A program made the translations under genes and the position numbers. Under the pieces are notes generated by a model. The model was given only the letters and a program-made list of their open reading frames with translations. It was not told the DNA's origin and searched no databases. A DNA stretch of 64,000 nucleotides, taken from the NCBI GenBank assembly GCA_030425645.1, contig JAUHZK010000002.1, forward strand, positions 192,487 to 256,486. The letters are read 5' to 3'. Positions 61,404 through 64,000 of the stretch are shown piece by piece (positions within the stretch are counted from its first letter, which is position 1; each line of letters opens with the position of its first letter). This DNA is from Gammaproteobacteria bacterium. Lineage in GTDB: Bacteria > Pseudomonadota > Gammaproteobacteria > JAPPPA01.

Positions 61404-62588
61404 CTAACTAGCTTGATAGTGGCGCATTAGAATTTTAGCCACTTCAGGACGGCTAAATTCCTCTGGCAAATCTTCACCAGCTGCTAGCATCGCACGTACT
61501 TTGGTGCCAGATAAAAGAACGAAATCGTCCTTACCGTGATCAGGCACATCGCGCATCATCACAACGCGACCAAGCTTCTTACTAAAGGCAGTGTGATCAG
61601 CTTCGAAGATTTGAATATCTAGTGAACCTGCAGGCACTTCCTCATGGAAGATTTCCTGCGCTTCGAAGGCGCCGTAGTAATCGCCTACACCAGCGTGGTC
61701 ACGACCAACAATCAGGTGAGTACAGCCGGTGTTCTGGCGGAACAGTGCGTGCAATACGGCTTCGCGTGGGCCGGCGTAAAGCATGTCAAAACCATAACCA
61801 GTAATCATTACGGTGTTTTCAGGGAAATGATGCTTAACTAGCTCACGAATAGATTCGTCGCGAACATCGGCAGGAATGTCTCCCGCTTTCAGCTTGCCCA
61901 ACAGCATGTGAATAAGAATACCGTCGGCATCAACGGCTTCTTTTGCCATCTTGCACAGCTCTTCGTGAGCGCGGTGCATTGGGTTACGAGTTTGAAAGGC
62001 CACTACGGTTTCCCAACCACGCTCAGCAATTTCGTTACGAATTTGCGTAGCGGTACGGAAAGTTTCAGCGAACTCAGTCTCAAAGTAGCTGTAGTTGAGC
62101 ACTTCAATATCACCAGAAACGATGTATTTACCCAAACTACGGAAGGTCGCTACACCAGGATGGTCAGCATCATCGGTACGGAAAACTTTAGCGATAATTT
62201 TCTCTTGATCAGCCTCGCTTAACTCCTCAATCGCGGCAACGGTTTGCACGGCGATCACTGGGTTACCTTCTACGTTTGGATCACGCAAGGCTACTCGAGC
62301 GCCTACTTCTAGGCCGTCAACGTTGTCGGTGCGGTTTAAAACCGGCACTGGGAAGAAAACACCATCCGCGGTGGTCAAGTTCTCGGCGGTAGACAGTGCG
62401 TCCGCCAAATTCATATAACCGGTTAACGGGTTGAAATAACCAGCACCGAGCATTACAGCGTTAGCCGCCGCTGCCGAGTTAAGCAACAGTTGCGGTAGGT
62501 TTTCTGCTTCTGCTTGTAACGCAGCGCGCGCTGCGTCATCAGCTACAAACAAAGGATTAAGTTGGTCTGAACCGTGAGGTTTGATCAT
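61404..62588 (-). CDS. sat: Sulfate adenylyltransferase (ATP sulfurylase), homo-oligomeric Sat type
   Basis: 394 aa. QTRNPMHRAHEEL and HLIVGRDHAGVGDYYG motifs are diagnostic of ATP sulfurylase. Confidence 0.9.
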   Translation of the reverse strand: MIKPHGSDQLNPLFVADDAARAALQAEAENLPQLLLNSAAAANAVMLGAGYFNPLTGYMNLADALSTAENLTTADGVFFPVPVLNRTDNVDGLEVGARVALRDPNVEGNPVIAVQTVAAIEELSEADQEKIIAKVFRTDDADHPGVATFRSLGKYIVSGDIEVLNYSYFETEFAETFRTATQIRNEIAERGWETVVAFQTRNPMHRAHEELCKMAKEAVDADGILIHMLLGKLKAGDIPADVRDESIRELVKHHFPENTVMITGYGFDMLYAGPREAVLHALFRQNTGCTHLIVGRDHAGVGDYYGAFEAQEIFHEEVPAGSLDIQIFEADHTAFSKKLGRVVMMRDVPDHGKDDFVLLSGTKVRAMLAAGEDLPEEFSRPEVAKILMRHYQAS

Positions 62589-62659
62589 CGTTTTTCTCAG
62601 TCATCAATAGTAAATGAGGCAAACCAACAAGCGGTTCGCCCCACGAGATTTGGAAAGGG

Positions 62660-63712
62660 TTAAATGCGGCGTTTTTGAACGGCTTGCGCCAGCTCTTCTA
62701 ACATCGACTCGGTAGTGTCCCAGTTAACACAGGCGTCAGTAATACTTTGACCATAGGTCGCCGCTTTACCATCAACTACCTTTTGGTTGCCTTCAACTAA
62801 GTTTGATTCAATCATGATGCCGAAGATGCGTTGGTCGCCGGCAGCAACCTGTGCCGCCACATCACTACAAACTTTAGGTTGATTCTCAAACTTTTTAAGG
62901 CTGTTACCGTGGCTAAAGTCGATCATCACCCGAGGGCGAATATCAGCAGCGGCGAGCACTTCGCTAGCCTGAGCAACACTGACGGCGTCAAAGTTTGGCT
63001 CTTTACCGCCACGCAAAATTACATGGCAATCTTCATTGCCGGTGGTTGCCACAATCGCCGCCTGGCCTTCTTTAGTAATCGACAAGAAGCGATGCGGACG
63101 CGAAGCGGAGCCAATCGCATCGACAGCAATTTTCACATTGCCACCGGTGCCATTCTTAAACCCTACGGGGCAGCTAAGACCGGACGACAGCTCACGGTGC
63201 CCTTGGCTTTCGGTTGTACGAGCGCCAATCGCGCCCCAAGCAACTAGATCACCAACATATTGCGGGGTAATCAAATCTAGGAATTCTGTACCGGTTGGTA
63301 AGCCCAGCTCATTAACCTGTAGCAGCAACTTGCGCGCCAGGCGAATGCCCTTATTAATATCAAAGCTATCGTTTAGGTCTGGATCGTTAATTAGGCCTTT
63401 CCAACCTACGGTGGTGCGAGGCTTTTCAAAGTAAACCCGCATCACCACTACCAAATCCTGCGCGTGCTGTTGCTGCAGTTTCACCAAGCGCTGTGCATAT
63501 TCCATCGCCGCATCTGGGTCATGGATAGAGCATGGGCCAACCACAACCACCAGGCGATCATCTTCACCGTGCAACACCTTGTGAATAGCCTCACGGCCAG
63601 CCACTGTCGCTTCTGCAGCGGCGTCAGAGATAGGCAGTTCCGCCTGCACCTCAGCTGGGGTCGCAAAAGCGTGAATTTCTTTAATACGTAAGTCTGCGGT
63701 CTGTAATGACAT
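62660..63712 (-). CDS. 3-deoxy-7-phosphoheptulonate (DAHP) synthase, class I (AroG/F/H-type)
   Basis: 350 aa. MSLQTADLRIKEI start, VVVGPCSIHD, KPRTTVGWKGL and GARTTESQ(V)HRELASG-like motifs. Confidence 0.92.
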   Translation of the reverse strand: MSLQTADLRIKEIHAFATPAEVQAELPISDAAAEATVAGREAIHKVLHGEDDRLVVVVGPCSIHDPDAAMEYAQRLVKLQQQHAQDLVVVMRVYFEKPRTTVGWKGLINDPDLNDSFDINKGIRLARKLLLQVNELGLPTGTEFLDLITPQYVGDLVAWGAIGARTTESQGHRELSSGLSCPVGFKNGTGGNVKIAVDAIGSASRPHRFLSITKEGQAAIVATTGNEDCHVILRGGKEPNFDAVSVAQASEVLAAADIRPRVMIDFSHGNSLKKFENQPKVCSDVAAQVAAGDQRIFGIMIESNLVEGNQKVVDGKAATYGQSITDACVNWDTTESMLEELAQAVQKRRI

Positions 63713-63841
63713 AGTGGGTCACATAGCTTTGCCGCACCTTGCAGGCACGGCTGAAAAAATCATAGGAAATTAGGCCGCGAAGGTTACAACAGCCGGCTCC
63801 GGCTATCTACCCCAAGACGCTTAAACATCGTGGTTATATGC

Positions 63842-64000
63842 TTATTGCACAACGCCATTAAGGCGCTCAAAACCGGCATTCAAATCAGCGATCAAATCTT
63901 CTGGGGCTTCCAAACCAATATGTAGGCGCAACGTTTGGCTCGCTGGCACACCCGTTACCTGCCGTTGAACGCCGCCAAGTGTAGGCAAGGCCAAGCTCTC
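63842..64000 (-). CDS. C-terminal 52 codons of a Cys/Met-metabolism PLP-dependent enzyme (cystathionine gamma-synthase/beta-lyase or O-acylhomoserine sulfhydrylase family). The gene continues beyond the window end.
   Basis: Reverse-complement translation ESLALPTLGGVQRQVTGVPASQTLRLHIGLEAPEDLIADLNAGFERLNGVVQ* shows the family-typical C-terminal RLSVGIEDxDDLIxDL block. Confidence 0.6.
   Translation of the reverse strand, partial: ESLALPTLGGVQRQVTGVPASQTLRLHIGLEAPEDLIADLNAGFERLNGVVQ

Overview
This window is a 64-kb chromosomal segment of a gammaproteobacterium (about 55% GC) with Pseudomonas-like gene order (serC-gyrA, mtaD-ubiG-HAD phosphatase, lgt-thyA-folA, gcvT-H-PA-PB, ubiH/ubiI-ygfB, zapA-ssrS-ygfA, ilvA/rpiA-folD). 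Most of it is core housekeeping. Genes found include gyrA, a TatD-family hydrolase, MTA/SAH deaminase, ubiG, thymidylate synthase and DHFR, lgt, a complete glycine-cleavage operon preceded by a tandem glycine riboswitch with a terminator expression platform, two UbiH-family hydroxylases, ygfB, zapA, a 6S RNA candidate, 5-formyl-THF cyclo-ligase, an EVE-domain protein, ilvA, rpiA, folD, a tRNA-Met, lpxD-fabZ-lpxA, an orphan ExbD, lrgAB, a cytoplasmic molybdopterin oxidoreductase, NhaD, sat and a class-I DAHP synthase. The outstanding feature is an accessory locus at about 37.8-61.0 kb. A GntR regulator is followed by a 947-aa S45 (penicillin/AHL-acylase family) lipoprotein, a DUF1249 protein, and one uninterrupted 18.9-kb ORF encoding a 6293-aa predicted lipoprotein. 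That giant protein fuses Calx-beta modules, three arrays of thrombospondin type-3 calcium-binding repeats, a neutral-ceramidase-like domain, three paralogous CocE/NonD (S15)-like alpha/beta-hydrolase domains each with a GGSYGG nucleophile motif, a PHP-like phosphoesterase domain, a PHB-depolymerase-type esterase domain, and a duplicated C-terminal module. A small HExxH-motif protein and a promoter-to-terminator non-coding stretch follow. Other notable points are an in-frame (CTGTTG)n microsatellite encoding a poly-Gln tract in a membrane protein, an lpxD-fabZ-lpxA block lacking skp and lpxB that abuts an orphan XRE-HTH gene and tRNA-Met, and an 86-nt overlap between folA and a downstream Omp85-like gene. 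All coordinates for RNA elements and domain boundaries are approximate because they were estimated by eye.
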